DNA of 60,220 nucleotides from Thermoplasmata archaeon (lineage in GTDB: Archaea; Thermoplasmatota; Thermoplasmata; Thermoplasmatales; ARK-15): positions 1-60,220 of the forward strand of contig JBMFWH010000003.1 of assembly GCA_049965455.1 (NCBI GenBank). Reading direction: 5' to 3'. Under the pieces are notes generated by a model, which did no database searches, had not been told where the DNA came from, and saw nothing but the letters and a program-made list of their open reading frames with translations. The translations under genes and the position numbers were made by a program. Below are positions 47,634 to 58,327 of this stretch, in pieces. Numbering within the stretch: the stretch's first letter is position 1; the number at the start of each line of letters is the position of its first letter.

Positions 47634-49049
47634 TTAAAGGAAAAATGTTTTGAAAGCGCGATAGGTGCTCCACAGATCCAGCTTGCTTACCAGCTCGAAA
47701 GGAGAATGCATGGAAAGTAAGCCCGGGCCCATGTCTATCACATCCATTCCATATTTTGCAAAATCCTGCGCAATGGTACCGCCGCCACCTTCGTCAACTT
47801 TGCCCAGCAATCCGCTCTGATATATCACTCCTTCAGAATCAAAAAGATTGCGAAGGTATGCTAGATATTCAGCAGTAGCCTCGCTGCTATTGTACTTTCC
47901 ACCACTGCCGGTATACTTTGTTATTATGGTGCCGTATCCTACTTTCGCGGCATTTGAAAGGTCTTGAACCTGCTTGTATAACGGATTGAGGGCTGCATTA
48001 ACATCTGCACTTATAGCTTTGGAATTGTGCATCATAGACACAAAATCACCGTAAGTATAGTTTTTTAATGCCTTGCCTAGTAACGTGGTGGTTACGTAAT
48101 CTATAAAGTTGGATCTTGCACCGCTGCTGCCTGCACTGCCAATCTCTTCCTTATCATATACTATTATTATGGAAGTGTACTCTGGAACATTTAAGTTTAT
48201 TATGGCCCGGAACGAAGTGTAGGCACAGATCCGGTCATCTTGGCCGTAGGCTCCGACCATGCTGTTATCCAGTCCAACGTCTCTGGCTTTATCTGCTGGC
48301 ACTATCTCAATATCTGCAGACTGAAAATCTTGCTCCATTATCCCGTATCTTTCAAAAAGATTGTTTAAAACCGCAGTTTTTACCTTCGCTTTTATCTCCT
48401 CATCATTTATCGGCACGCTCGATACCAGTATCTGTAAGTCTTCGCCCTCAAATCCCTCAAATAGCTTTTTTTCACCCTGCACTTTTCTCGCTAAATGAGG
48501 TTCTATGTCAGGTATCACGAATACCGGATCTTCTTCAGATTCTCCAATTTTAAGATCTATCTTCTTTCCTTCCTTAGTAACTACCGTTCCATGAATTGCC
48601 AATGGCCTGCTAACCCACTGATACTTTTTTATGCCCCCATAATAATGGGTCTTTAAAAGAGCCGTCGATGACTCAGAATCCTCGATTAATGGATTAGGTT
48701 TCAAGTCCAGCCTCGGTGAATCTATGTGAGATACCACATATCTGATCCCTTCTAACAACGGCTTTTTTCCAACCACAATAAACGCCGCAACTTTCTGATT
48801 TTTTGTCAAGTATAATTTAGAGCCAGGAACCATAGATTTTACATTGTGTAAGTTTTTAAAGCCTGCCTTTTCTGCTGTATCTACAAAGTAGTTTACTGCT
48901 TCACGCTCTGTTTTTACAGTGTTTAAAAATTGTCGGTACTCTTTTGCAAACTCGTGAATCTCCTTCTTTTCTTTTTCAGAAATTCTGTTCCATCCATTCT
49001 CTATTTTCAAACCCAGTTTCTTTTCTAAACTCTCTTTTTTTTGTGCCAT
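47634..49049 (-). CDS. M18 family aminopeptidase
   Basis: HIDSPR, HYYGGIKKYQW, QDDR, DKEEIGS, SMHSP.E. Confidence 0.92.
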   Translation of the reverse strand: MAQKKESLEKKLGLKIENGWNRISEKEKKEIHEFAKEYRQFLNTVKTEREAVNYFVDTAEKAGFKNLHNVKSMVPGSKLYLTKNQKVAAFIVVGKKPLLEGIRYVVSHIDSPRLDLKPNPLIEDSESSTALLKTHYYGGIKKYQWVSRPLAIHGTVVTKEGKKIDLKIGESEEDPVFVIPDIEPHLARKVQGEKKLFEGFEGEDLQILVSSVPINDEEIKAKVKTAVLNNLFERYGIMEQDFQSADIEIVPADKARDVGLDNSMVGAYGQDDRICAYTSFRAIINLNVPEYTSIIIVYDKEEIGSAGSSGARSNFIDYVTTTLLGKALKNYTYGDFVSMMHNSKAISADVNAALNPLYKQVQDLSNAAKVGYGTIITKYTGSGGKYNSSEATAEYLAYLRNLFDSEGVIYQSGLLGKVDEGGGGTIAQDFAKYGMDVIDMGPGLLSMHSPFELVSKLDLWSTYRAFKTFFL

Positions 49050-49053
49050 AAAA

Positions 49054-49872
49054 TCACCTTCTTTCTACTTTAATTGCCGTATATCCGACCACTTTGTCCA
49101 TCCTGGACACATCGCCACTAGTCGCATATTTTAAAAGGCTTGGCTTGCCTTTTAATGCGTACAGCATGGCCATCATGGGACCATACCCGCACGCGGATAT
49201 GTCATATTCTGACAGTGTACTGTAAAAGTTAGAGAGATCCATCTTTATAATTTTTTCTATGAGCAGATGATCATTTTTGTAGGCAATCTCTTTTGGTACG
49301 TAATGCGAGAAATCTGAGGAAGCTATTATCACAACATCCTTTCCCTTTATTGCATCTTTTATGATTTCTCCTAATTTTACAGCGGTTTCATAACTTTGAT
49401 CGAGCATTAGAATAGGAACAAATTTTATGTTATTATTAAAAAATTGTAAATATGGTAACTGCACTTCTATCGAATGCTCGTATAGATGTGCATTAACATC
49501 AGATTCCACGAAGTCTCTATATATGCTCCTTGAAAGTTCCAGATCATTTTTAACTATGCCTAACGGCGTTTTGAAATCTTGCGTGGTTATTGCCACACCC
49601 GGCCCTATGCCATAATGATTAGGCCCTATAATAATAAAAGACTCTGGAAAACCGTCCTCTGCTAAAGCATTATAAAAATGAGCAGCCACAGGCCCTGAAT
49701 AAATGTATCCTGCATGAGGCACTATGCCTCCCACAATATTTCTAGGCCCTGAAACTGCAAGTGATGCAATTTTTCCAGGACCTATATTGTGCAAAAAAAC
49801 TTCTCTTATCAAATTTTTTAGATATTCTTTATTTTCTGGATAGAACTGCCCTGCTACAGCAGAATTTCTCAT
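49054..49872 (-). CDS. MEMO1 family protein
   Basis: AVAGQFYP, PHAGYIYSG, EHSIEVQLP, SSDFSHY, CGYGP. Confidence 0.92.
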   Translation of the reverse strand: MRNSAVAGQFYPENKEYLKNLIREVFLHNIGPGKIASLAVSGPRNIVGGIVPHAGYIYSGPVAAHFYNALAEDGFPESFIIIGPNHYGIGPGVAITTQDFKTPLGIVKNDLELSRSIYRDFVESDVNAHLYEHSIEVQLPYLQFFNNNIKFVPILMLDQSYETAVKLGEIIKDAIKGKDVVIIASSDFSHYVPKEIAYKNDHLLIEKIIKMDLSNFYSTLSEYDISACGYGPMMAMLYALKGKPSLLKYATSGDVSRMDKVVGYTAIKVERR

Positions 49873-50468
49873 ATAGGTGCCTCGAAATCCTCCACTTTAA
49901 AGCTATAATCTTCGTACGATTTTAAATCGCCTTTGTTCTTGAGAATTTCCCTGGTAAGCAACCAGTATACAAGTGCTAACGCTTTTCTGCCTTTGTTGTT
50001 TGTCGGTATCACAAGATCTATAAACGATATCTGGTTGTTTGCATCGCAAAGAGCGATAATTGGAACACCTACTTGCAGTGCCTCTTTCAGTGCCTGGCTA
50101 TCTGCTATCGGGTCATTTAAAAATATTACCTGCGGCTCAATGTATCCTGCTAGGCTGGGATTTGTCAAAGTTCCGGGTATGAACCTGCCTGTTATTGATT
50201 TTGCGCCAATGGTCTCTGCCATCAAAGATGCAGGCTTCTGAGCATACTGCCTCTGAGCAAGAATAAGAATTTCTGACGGCTCAAACTTTGCCAGAAATTT
50301 ACCTGCTATCGCAATTCTCTCATTCGTCTTGGCTATGTTCAAAATATATAACCCATCATTTCTTATACGAAATATGAACGGGACCATATCTTTTGACTTT
50401 ATCTGCGTTCCTATATGCACTCCGGCTGTTAAATATTGCTCTTCGGGTATCAATAAATTTTCACTCAT
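49869..50468 (-). CDS. rps2: 30S ribosomal protein S2
   Basis: AGVHIGT, GRFIPGTLTNP, IPTNNKG. Confidence 0.96.
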   Translation of the reverse strand: MSENLLIPEEQYLTAGVHIGTQIKSKDMVPFIFRIRNDGLYILNIAKTNERIAIAGKFLAKFEPSEILILAQRQYAQKPASLMAETIGAKSITGRFIPGTLTNPSLAGYIEPQVIFLNDPIADSQALKEALQVGVPIIALCDANNQISFIDLVIPTNNKGRKALALVYWLLTREILKNKGDLKSYEDYSFKVEDFEAPI

Positions 50469-50475
50469 AGTTTAT

Positions 50476-51684
50476 TCATTCCTCCAAATATTCTTCTATC
50501 CTTATCAGTTCATTATACTTTGCAGTTCTCTCTCCGCCTATAGTTCCTGCTTTGATATATTCTATGTTCAGGCCTACTGCCAGATGGGAGATCGTGCTGT
50601 CTTCAGTTTCTCCACTGCGATGTGATATCACTGCAGTATAATCATTTTCCTTTGCCAACTTCACAGTATCAATCATGTCTGTAAGCGTGCCAATTTGATT
50701 CGGCTTGATTAACACTGCATTTGCTGCACCTACCTCTATCCCTTTGCCAAGCCTCTCTTTGTTAGTTACGAATAAATCATCGCCAACGATAAGCGCATTA
50801 TCACCTATCTTTTCTGTTAATTTTGCAAAGCCATCAAAATCATTTTCATCCAGTGGATCTTCTACATAATAAACATTGTAATCTTCTACAAGTTTCGCTA
50901 CAAATTCAATCTGCTCTTCTGCACTTAATGTCTTGTCTTTATACACGTATTTGCCATTTTTATAAAACTCTGACGCCGCTAAATCAATGCCTGCAAATAT
51001 GTCAATGCCATACTCTCTTGAAACTTCCTTAGTTGCCTTGCTCAACAGTTCTAGCGCATCAAGATCATCCATTGCCGCAACCCATGCTTTTTCATCGCCT
51101 AACCCCAGAGGAATGTTAGGGAACTTGGATTTCAGTAAACTTCCCACATTTTTGTGAACCTGTATGTTTGCAAATATTGACTCTTTTAAAGTCTTGCCAA
51201 AAGCTATTGATAAAAATTCCTGCATCACAGTCCCTCCTATAGCATGTTTCCCACCGCCAATGATATTGCTTACAGGAGTTGGCAGATAATCTGCATTCAT
51301 ACCTCCTAAATATTTGTATAATGGCAGGTTCAGACTGTCTGCTGCAGCTTTTGCATTTGCTAGAGATATTGCGACTGCAACATTCCCGCCAATGTTTGAA
51401 AAGTTGGTAGTGCCATCAAGCTCATGCAATAATAAATCAACCTTGCCCTGATTTAAAGAATCCATTCCTACAAGCTCTGGAACAAGTTTTTCTTTGAATA
51501 TTGTAATGCCCTCATCTATCCCTTTAATGGGGTAATCTTTTACTTCAAATGATCCTTTGCTCGCGCCGCTTGGTGCAATGGCTCTGCCAAATCCTCCGGC
51601 AGTGGTTATGATATCTACTTCTACCGTCGGATTACCGCGAGAATCTATGACTTCTCTGATTTTTGCGTCTTCGATAAATGCCAT
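50476..51684 (-). CDS. eno: Enolase
   Basis: DSRGNPTVEV, VGDDL, IKPNQIG, SHRSGET. Confidence 0.96.
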   Translation of the reverse strand: MAFIEDAKIREVIDSRGNPTVEVDIITTAGGFGRAIAPSGASKGSFEVKDYPIKGIDEGITIFKEKLVPELVGMDSLNQGKVDLLLHELDGTTNFSNIGGNVAVAISLANAKAAADSLNLPLYKYLGGMNADYLPTPVSNIIGGGKHAIGGTVMQEFLSIAFGKTLKESIFANIQVHKNVGSLLKSKFPNIPLGLGDEKAWVAAMDDLDALELLSKATKEVSREYGIDIFAGIDLAASEFYKNGKYVYKDKTLSAEEQIEFVAKLVEDYNVYYVEDPLDENDFDGFAKLTEKIGDNALIVGDDLFVTNKERLGKGIEVGAANAVLIKPNQIGTLTDMIDTVKLAKENDYTAVISHRSGETEDSTISHLAVGLNIEYIKAGTIGGERTAKYNELIRIEEYLEE

Positions 51685-52046
51685 ATTTTTACACCTATAT
51701 TAAAAAGGAATATAAACTTTATATTTAACATTTGCGAGCAGGAATTTACCTTTTGCAAGAGAGCGAATCAAAGTTAGCAATAGGTTAGAAGATAGGGTAA
51801 AGCGCATGATGAGCACATATAGATTCAGCGGAATTCATATATTGTTGCTTTGAATGCAATGCTCAATCAGAAAATATAGAGGTGAAGAAAGTAATAGAAC
51901 CATCCAAACTCAAGCTCTTGATTTTAGCAGTAGTGAAAATGCAAATCTGGTTGCATTAACGGGAGCATCCATGCTTTAGCTGGAGGAGAGCGCAATTTTT
52001 AAATAATATCAAAATATGTAGCAGCTACCTATTGGAGGGGATATAA

Positions 52047-52403
52047 ATGAACAAAGGAATTCTGTTAGGTATATTCGCGATATTGTTTATAAGCACTATT
52101 TTTTACGGAACCGGCAGCGCTATGGGATTGTCTGTAAATACCCAAGTGCCCATCTTGGCCACAAATGCAACGCAGGCACTAACAAACATGCTCGGAAGAT
52201 TGACATATACTGTAAATATTATTGCAGGATCTATCATAGGCGTGGTCTGGATCTATGAAGCCATATTTTTAATTTTGCATAAAGATGATAAAGAGGGGCT
52301 TTTAAAATTTAAAAGAGATCTGCCAGTTATGGTTCTTGCTACAATCATAATATTTGGAGCAGCAACGATCGTAAATGTGCTATCATGGATCGGCCAGGGA
52401 TGA
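52047..52403 (+). CDS. Small membrane protein with VirB2/TrbC pilin-like topology
   Basis: Signal peptide, then two hydrophobic helices split by a charged loop; GGAGG SD. Confidence 0.6.
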   Translation: MNKGILLGIFAILFISTIFYGTGSAMGLSVNTQVPILATNATQALTNMLGRLTYTVNIIAGSIIGVVWIYEAIFLILHKDDKEGLLKFKRDLPVMVLATIIIFGAATIVNVLSWIGQG

Positions 52404-52443
52404 TAGAAGAGATAATATATAAGAACTACATATATCAAAAATC

Positions 52444-52926
52444 GTGATAAACAGACCTAGCTGGGACGAGTACTTTATGCGAATGGCATACTTGGTAGGA
52501 AGCAGATCAACATGTACCAGAAGGAAAGTGGGCGCAGTAATAGTAAAAGATAAAAGATTGCTTTCTTCAGGATACAATGGCCCTCCTTCAGGCCTTGCAC
52601 ATTGTGACATTACTGGCTGCATAAGAGAAGAACTGAACGTGAACTCTGGGGAGAGACACGAACTTTGCAGAGGCCTTCATGCAGAACAAAACGCCATTAT
52701 ACAGGCTGCGGTTTACGGAGTAAGCATAAAAGATTCGATTATTTATGTAACCAATCACCCTTGTGTAGTGTGCGCAAAAATGATCATCAATGCAGGAATT
52801 AAGGAGATTGTTTACGCAAACGGTTATCCTGACGACCTGGCAAAACTCATATTGATAGAAAGCACTGTTAAAACAAGGCAGTATGTGATTGAAGATAAAT
52901 ATTTTGAAAAATTTTCAGAGATCTAG
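52444..52926 (+). CDS. dCMP deaminase (ComEB-like)
   Basis: [24 protein letters not shown]. Confidence 0.92.
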   Translation: MINRPSWDEYFMRMAYLVGSRSTCTRRKVGAVIVKDKRLLSSGYNGPPSGLAHCDITGCIREELNVNSGERHELCRGLHAEQNAIIQAAVYGVSIKDSIIYVTNHPCVVCAKMIINAGIKEIVYANGYPDDLAKLILIESTVKTRQYVIEDKYFEKFSEI

Positions 52927-54713
52927 ATGGTTTCAAAGTACAGCTCTTTTCCATCTTTTAACTTTGTGATTATCAGGTTCGCATTGTCCGTGTTTTCACG
53001 TACTTTGATAGTTCCTTCTTTTGAACATTTGGCAGTAAATAAGTACTCGTCCTCTGCGAAAATCTGGCCTGAAAGATCTTTAAAATCTTCGCCTGCATAA
53101 AGGTAAATATGGTTTTTCTTTTTTTGGACCAATAATTTGCACTTTTTACCCTCTACCTTCATACCCTTTACTTCAATATGCAACCCGAGCAGATCCTCTA
53201 GGTAATTAACGTTCTTTCCATTCTTGCCTATCACGGCAGGAATATAATCTTCCCTCACATACAATTTTATCTGGGACTCGCCTACTATCTCAACCTTGAA
53301 TTTCTCGTCCGGCATCACCGTTTTTAGCTGTCTCTCCACCTCTTTTTCTGCTAACGATAAAACCTTGTTTTTGCGTTCTTCTACGGGAACCACCACAATC
53401 TGCTCTCCATATGTATATATCTCATACTCTAGTTTATCAGTATAAAAATCTAGGACATCGATCACGGGTCTTGCCAGATCCTGTTCCAGCATGCCGGTCG
53501 GAACTTTTACTTTGTATTCGATAATGTATACTTTCCCGATTTTACCGTTTTCAATGTGTATTATCGTGTCAACTAACTGCGGTATTACACCCAGCTCTAC
53601 CCTGCCAATCAGTCTCTGCACTGCATCTATGGCCCTGCTGGCATGCGCGACACCGACCATACCCACGCCCGCCATCCTGAGATCTGCATAGATCTTGAAG
53701 TCATAAGAGGTTCGCATCTCGTCAAATATCGTATAGTCAGGCCTTACCAGCAATAATATATCCCCTGTTTTCTCCATATCTCCTTCCAGCGCAGTATATC
53801 TTGTGATCTCGTTCGAAAGTAGCAGATCCCTCGGCTTCTCCATTGTTTTCACAACTTTGTTTTCAAAAAGATACATTTCAGCCAGAGCTTGGACAAATGT
53901 GGATTTACCAGCACCCGGTGCCCCTGAAACAAGTATGCCTTCAGCGCGCTTCTTGAGTCTCGAAAACAATTTGTCGTCAATATTGTAATCTTCGATCATC
54001 AACTTTACTGTTGGCTTGACAGCCGTGATCTCTGAAGCCTCTGAAAATGGTGGTCTGGTAATTACGATTCTGTAATCTCTTAACTGTATTACAGTTGCAC
54101 CTTTTAAATCCAGATCTATGAGTGAGGATTTGTCAGTCCTGGCTCTCTCTATTATGTCTCTTGCAATGTCGTTTAATTCCTGTTCTGACATCGGCTCTTT
54201 TCTAAGCTTTACAAGCTCGGTGTTTCCGGGTTTTCCTTTTTTTGCGATGGGTATGGTACCTGTTTTCAAGTGAACGCTCATAGTGCCGGAATCAAAAAAA
54301 TCCTCAATCTTTGAAGTAACAGTTTTCTCAACTTCAAAAAATATGGCATTTACGCCTCTCAGCTTTGCAATGCTGTACTGTATAAAATCGGAGGTTAGCA
54401 AAGTGCCTTCTGTCTCTAACGCTATGGTCCTGATAATATTGTCAATTTCTCCAGATTTGGCTTTCTCAATCTGCCATTTATCAGGCCTTTTCCCATAAAA
54501 TGAAATTTCTATGTTGCTGTCTTCCGCAAATTTCATGATTTTCTCAAGTTCAGAAATGGCTGTAAATCCGATCATTAAACCACGGTTTGCCTGCGCCTCG
54601 ATCTCGGAAATTACAGCTTCGGGTATAATGAGCATAATGTCCCTCTTATCCCTTATGAATTCATAGAATCTGCCGTTAATTATTACTGATGTATCAGGTA
54701 TGTATTTTTCCAT
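52923..54713 (-). CDS. PINA-type ATPase (PIN + P-loop ATPase + KH)
   Basis: PDTSVII PIN domain, [28 protein letters not shown]. Confidence 0.9.
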   Translation of the reverse strand: MEKYIPDTSVIINGRFYEFIRDKRDIMLIIPEAVISEIEAQANRGLMIGFTAISELEKIMKFAEDSNIEISFYGKRPDKWQIEKAKSGEIDNIIRTIALETEGTLLTSDFIQYSIAKLRGVNAIFFEVEKTVTSKIEDFFDSGTMSVHLKTGTIPIAKKGKPGNTELVKLRKEPMSEQELNDIARDIIERARTDKSSLIDLDLKGATVIQLRDYRIVITRPPFSEASEITAVKPTVKLMIEDYNIDDKLFSRLKKRAEGILVSGAPGAGKSTFVQALAEMYLFENKVVKTMEKPRDLLLSNEITRYTALEGDMEKTGDILLLVRPDYTIFDEMRTSYDFKIYADLRMAGVGMVGVAHASRAIDAVQRLIGRVELGVIPQLVDTIIHIENGKIGKVYIIEYKVKVPTGMLEQDLARPVIDVLDFYTDKLEYEIYTYGEQIVVVPVEERKNKVLSLAEKEVERQLKTVMPDEKFKVEIVGESQIKLYVREDYIPAVIGKNGKNVNYLEDLLGLHIEVKGMKVEGKKCKLLVQKKKNHIYLYAGEDFKDLSGQIFAEDEYLFTAKCSKEGTIKVRENTDNANLIITKLKDGKELYFETI

Positions 54714-54989
54714 GAACCTAATATTCAATTTAATCTATTTTAACTTTGCGAGCGAGTCTATGCCAGAAATAAACCGTTAGACTACATTTATATACTCATA
54801 AGTAAAAAGTATCGTAAAATAGTTTATTTTCAAGATATTAAAAGTGTATGGGGTATGTACTTTTTAAATAAAAGCTATCATAAATGCCCTGGAATACATA
54901 ATAAAACCATAAGGAAATAGCAATAAATTTAACGCTTTATTTCTGTCATAGGAGCGGGTCTCTGTATTAAGATATCGGGCGAAAAGGTA

Positions 54990-55085
54990 CTGTATAAAAA
55001 ATACGGGTTCAGGATATATCCTAGAAATTCACAGGCCGTTGTTATGAACAATGCTTCCTCCAAAATACGCACAATATATTGTTGA
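54990..55085 (+). pseudogene. Degenerate TnpB N-terminal (HTH_OrfB_IS605-like) fragment
   Basis: LYKKYGFRIYPRNSQAVVMNNASSKIRTIYC* matches the spacing of the TnpB YKFRIYPxxxQ...RxVYN motif; no ATG and an early stop. Confidence 0.55.
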
Positions 55086-55151
55086 GAAATTAATAGTGCA
55101 TTTCTATACTCTATCTCTTGACATGAGCAGTACCTGAAACTGTAAGATCGG

Positions 55152-56999
55152 TCATAATGTCTTATAAAACTTGGAAAGCTCCTCTCTTAAAATCAAGCTG
55201 ACTTTCTTGCCGTCATATTTGCCCTTCATCTCGTTCATTACAATACCCATGATGGTGGAAAATGCATTTTCTCCTTTCTCCTCTATCACTGCCATGTTTT
55301 TCTGAAGGATTCCTTTTATGATTTCTCGAACTTTATCTTCACTGTACATGTTATTTTCCAACTGCTCCAGTATTTCAGATACGTTCTTGTGTTCTGTAAT
55401 CTTTGATCTCAGTATGTCTGGTATCGCCTCTTTGGCAAATTTTTTATCAGATAGAGCCCTGAAAATAGAGAGCAGGTCTGCATCACTGACCGATTCAACG
55501 GAAAGTCCCTCGTTTTCCAGCTCTGAGAGCGTGCTTAAAAGCGTTCTGGATATTATAGAATACTGATCATAAACGGTTGCCAGGCTGCAAAAAAGCTCAT
55601 CTTGCCCATTGTTTATTATCTGCTCAGCCTCCTGCTTTGATATTTTATAGGTGTTCAAGAAACGGGACACTTTTTCATCATATTGCTCTGGCAAATTATT
55701 TTTGATATGCTCTATTTTTTCCGGTAATACCGGTATCGGGGGCACATCAGTCTCTGGATACATTCTCTCTTTTCCTGGTAAAGGTCTCAAATACTCGGTC
55801 GTGCCATCATCTTTCGGGCCCCGCGTCTCTCCTACCACCCCTTCCAAGGCCCTGTTTATGCGATCGTAAATTTCGGTTAAAGCCAGTTTTGCACGATCCT
55901 CTTTCTCACAGATCAATATGAACGCATCCTGAGAGCCAAGCCCAAAGGCTCGCTTCAGGCTGTTTACCTCCTCTTCTGTTATGCCGTAGGCGGGCAACTC
56001 GTCAGAATGAAATATGCCTTTTATGCCAAACACTTTTACATGCTCAGCTAGCTCCTTGCCAAACCTGAATTTTTCAGATTTTAACAGCCCAGCGAAAAAT
56101 GGGGCCCTGAACCCCACAACTTTGGCACCTGTTTTAAGAGACTCTTTTATGATCTTTGATTCTGTGGTTTTGAAAATATCTGACACGTTCAGTATGTTCA
56201 ATTCAAATCTACTGAATTTCCTGGCTATCAATTCACTTTTCAACAATGACAGATTTTGCTGTCTTTTAATTTCGTTTTCCACTATCTTCTGGATAAGCTT
56301 CAGCTGCGACACTCCTTTCACTTCCACGCGTGATCCGTCCGTGGAAATGTTGATATCCTGCCTTATCGTTCCTAATCCTCTCTTCACGGTGCTGATAGAT
56401 CTCAATATGTTTCCAATTTTTTGGGCAACTTCCTTTACCTGCAATCCATTATTCATGTCAGGACCTGTGGAGATCTCGATTAGCGGTATTCCTAACCGGT
56501 CTAGCCGGTATACCACAGTTCCCTCTTTTTCGCTGATCTTCCTTGCAGACTCTTCTTCCAAGCAGACTGAACTAATAGTTATTTTCGAGCCATTGGCCAT
56601 GATGTATCCGTCTTTGCCTACCAGCGCAGTTCTCTGAAACCCGCTCGTGTTCGAGCCATCTATTACGATTTTTCTCATAAACTGGATTTCGTCTATGATC
56701 ACGCAATTTAAGAGCGTAGATACTATCAATGCAGTATCCAGAGCCTCACTGTTTACTTTATGAGGCGGCTCTTCATCCGCTTCCACCAAACATGAGTTTT
56801 CAGTGATTTCATAAGTAAACACTCTTTTTCGCTTAGCCTCCTCTAATGCTGCTATATCCACATTGCCGGATTCTCCCAGTGCCGCTCTTAGCTCTCTCTT
56901 AATAGTTCCTAAAACAGTTTCTGACAAATAGCTTTCACAGTCGCAAAACAGTTTTTTCGTGTTTAATTGCTGATGTATTTCTAACCCTATCTTAACCAT
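55152..56999 (-). CDS. gatE: Glu-tRNA(Gln) amidotransferase subunit E
   Basis: GLEIHQQL..KLFC, DGSNTSGFQRT, RGLGTIRQD, RMYPETD. Confidence 0.96.
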   Translation of the reverse strand: MVKIGLEIHQQLNTKKLFCDCESYLSETVLGTIKRELRAALGESGNVDIAALEEAKRKRVFTYEITENSCLVEADEEPPHKVNSEALDTALIVSTLLNCVIIDEIQFMRKIVIDGSNTSGFQRTALVGKDGYIMANGSKITISSVCLEEESARKISEKEGTVVYRLDRLGIPLIEISTGPDMNNGLQVKEVAQKIGNILRSISTVKRGLGTIRQDINISTDGSRVEVKGVSQLKLIQKIVENEIKRQQNLSLLKSELIARKFSRFELNILNVSDIFKTTESKIIKESLKTGAKVVGFRAPFFAGLLKSEKFRFGKELAEHVKVFGIKGIFHSDELPAYGITEEEVNSLKRAFGLGSQDAFILICEKEDRAKLALTEIYDRINRALEGVVGETRGPKDDGTTEYLRPLPGKERMYPETDVPPIPVLPEKIEHIKNNLPEQYDEKVSRFLNTYKISKQEAEQIINNGQDELFCSLATVYDQYSIISRTLLSTLSELENEGLSVESVSDADLLSIFRALSDKKFAKEAIPDILRSKITEHKNVSEILEQLENNMYSEDKVREIIKGILQKNMAVIEEKGENAFSTIMGIVMNEMKGKYDGKKVSLILREELSKFYKTL

Positions 57000-57005
57000 T
57001 CTAAA

Positions 57006-58268
57006 TCACCATAAAACTCTCTTTTCAGACATCTCAAGCCTCAAGTTTTTAGCCATCAGCTGTCTCGCTTCCTCTCTTGGATAATTCCCTAAAAGCCACA
57101 TCATCTTCACGAATGCAGTTTCTGGCAAGGTATCTCCTAACGGTATCACGCCCGCTTTGATCAGCTCCCTGCCTGATGAGTAAACGTTCATGTTCACAGA
57201 TCCTGCCAGGCATTGAGAGGTCATGCCTATGAGCTTTCCAGAGTCTGTAAGCTCTTTTATCTCCTTGATCAGATACGTGCCTACATGACCAAGCCCGGTC
57301 CCCATAAATATTATCCCGTCCACATGCTCTCCTATGATCTTCAGGTGCTCTAAATCAAATCCTGGATAATAGTAGAGTATAGAGACCTTATCATCCATCT
57401 TCTCATATGCTTCTATATTCTTGTCTACTTTCATTTTATATCCTTTTAAAAATTCTACCTGATCACCTCTGACCCTTGCAATTGGATGCCCGTTTATACT
57501 CTTGAATGCATCTCTCCTCGAAGTGTGCATCTTTCTGACCCTTACACCCCTATGTACCACGCTATAATCATCAGATGGTGACTCGTGCATGGTTACTGCC
57601 ACTTCTCCTAAATCAGTATCCATCAATGCCGCAGCACTTAACAGGTTTTGGTACGCGTCACTGCTCGGACGGTCTGAAGATCTCTGTGCACCGACCAATG
57701 ATACGGGCCCGGATAAATCTGGGATCATAAACGCTAGCGCTGCTGCAGTGTATGCCATCGTGTCCGTTCCGTGCGGTATGATTACTCCCTTTGCACCATG
57801 ATTCATCTCTGAAACGATCTCTTTTGCTAGGGTCTGCCAGTATGGAATCTTCATGTCTTCGCTGAGTATTGAAAATATTATGCGCGAGTTGATGCGATAC
57901 TTTCCAGACAGTTCGGGCACTGAGATCAACAGTTCTTCCTGGGTTTCGGCAGGATGAACCGCGCCGGTCTTATAATCAATATAACTGGCGATTGTGCCAC
58001 CGGTACCCAGTATGGAAATATAGTTGTCTTTAAAATGTACCTTTTTCGTGGACTCTTTCTTTTCTCTCTTCTCATTTTTTTCCAATACTTTAATATTTTC
58101 TAATGATGAAAACTTGACCCCGATGTTATAGCCATTGTCAAGTTTCAGGATAATGATATCCTGGGCGCTGAATATGTTGCTAGGCATTACGAATCCACGG
58201 AAAGTACCTCTGTCACTCAATATTTCAACATAATCGCCAACTTTAAAATCATCCATTTTGTTGCTCAT
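57006..58268 (-). CDS. gatD: Glu-tRNA(Gln) amidotransferase subunit D
   Basis: TGGTIAS, HGTDT, GAQRSSDRPSSD, KMHTSRRDAF. Confidence 0.96.
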   Translation of the reverse strand: MSNKMDDFKVGDYVEILSDRGTFRGFVMPSNIFSAQDIIILKLDNGYNIGVKFSSLENIKVLEKNEKREKKESTKKVHFKDNYISILGTGGTIASYIDYKTGAVHPAETQEELLISVPELSGKYRINSRIIFSILSEDMKIPYWQTLAKEIVSEMNHGAKGVIIPHGTDTMAYTAAALAFMIPDLSGPVSLVGAQRSSDRPSSDAYQNLLSAAALMDTDLGEVAVTMHESPSDDYSVVHRGVRVRKMHTSRRDAFKSINGHPIARVRGDQVEFLKGYKMKVDKNIEAYEKMDDKVSILYYYPGFDLEHLKIIGEHVDGIIFMGTGLGHVGTYLIKEIKELTDSGKLIGMTSQCLAGSVNMNVYSSGRELIKAGVIPLGDTLPETAFVKMMWLLGNYPREEARQLMAKNLRLEMSEKRVLW

Positions 58269-58327
58269 TAATAAAACAGTATGTAAAACAATAAAATTAA
58301 TGTTATGGTATATCTTCTCTTATTATT

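Noticed and set aside
51806..51870. ATGATGA as a C box of a C/D sRNA
   Set aside because: No suitably placed CTGA D box on the same strand
52047..54713. Pilin-like gene + ComEB-like deaminase + VirB11/PilT-related ATPase as a competence operon
   Set aside because: The deaminase is an ordinary dCMP deaminase, and the ATPase is the widespread archaeal PINA on the opposite strand; no channel genes are present
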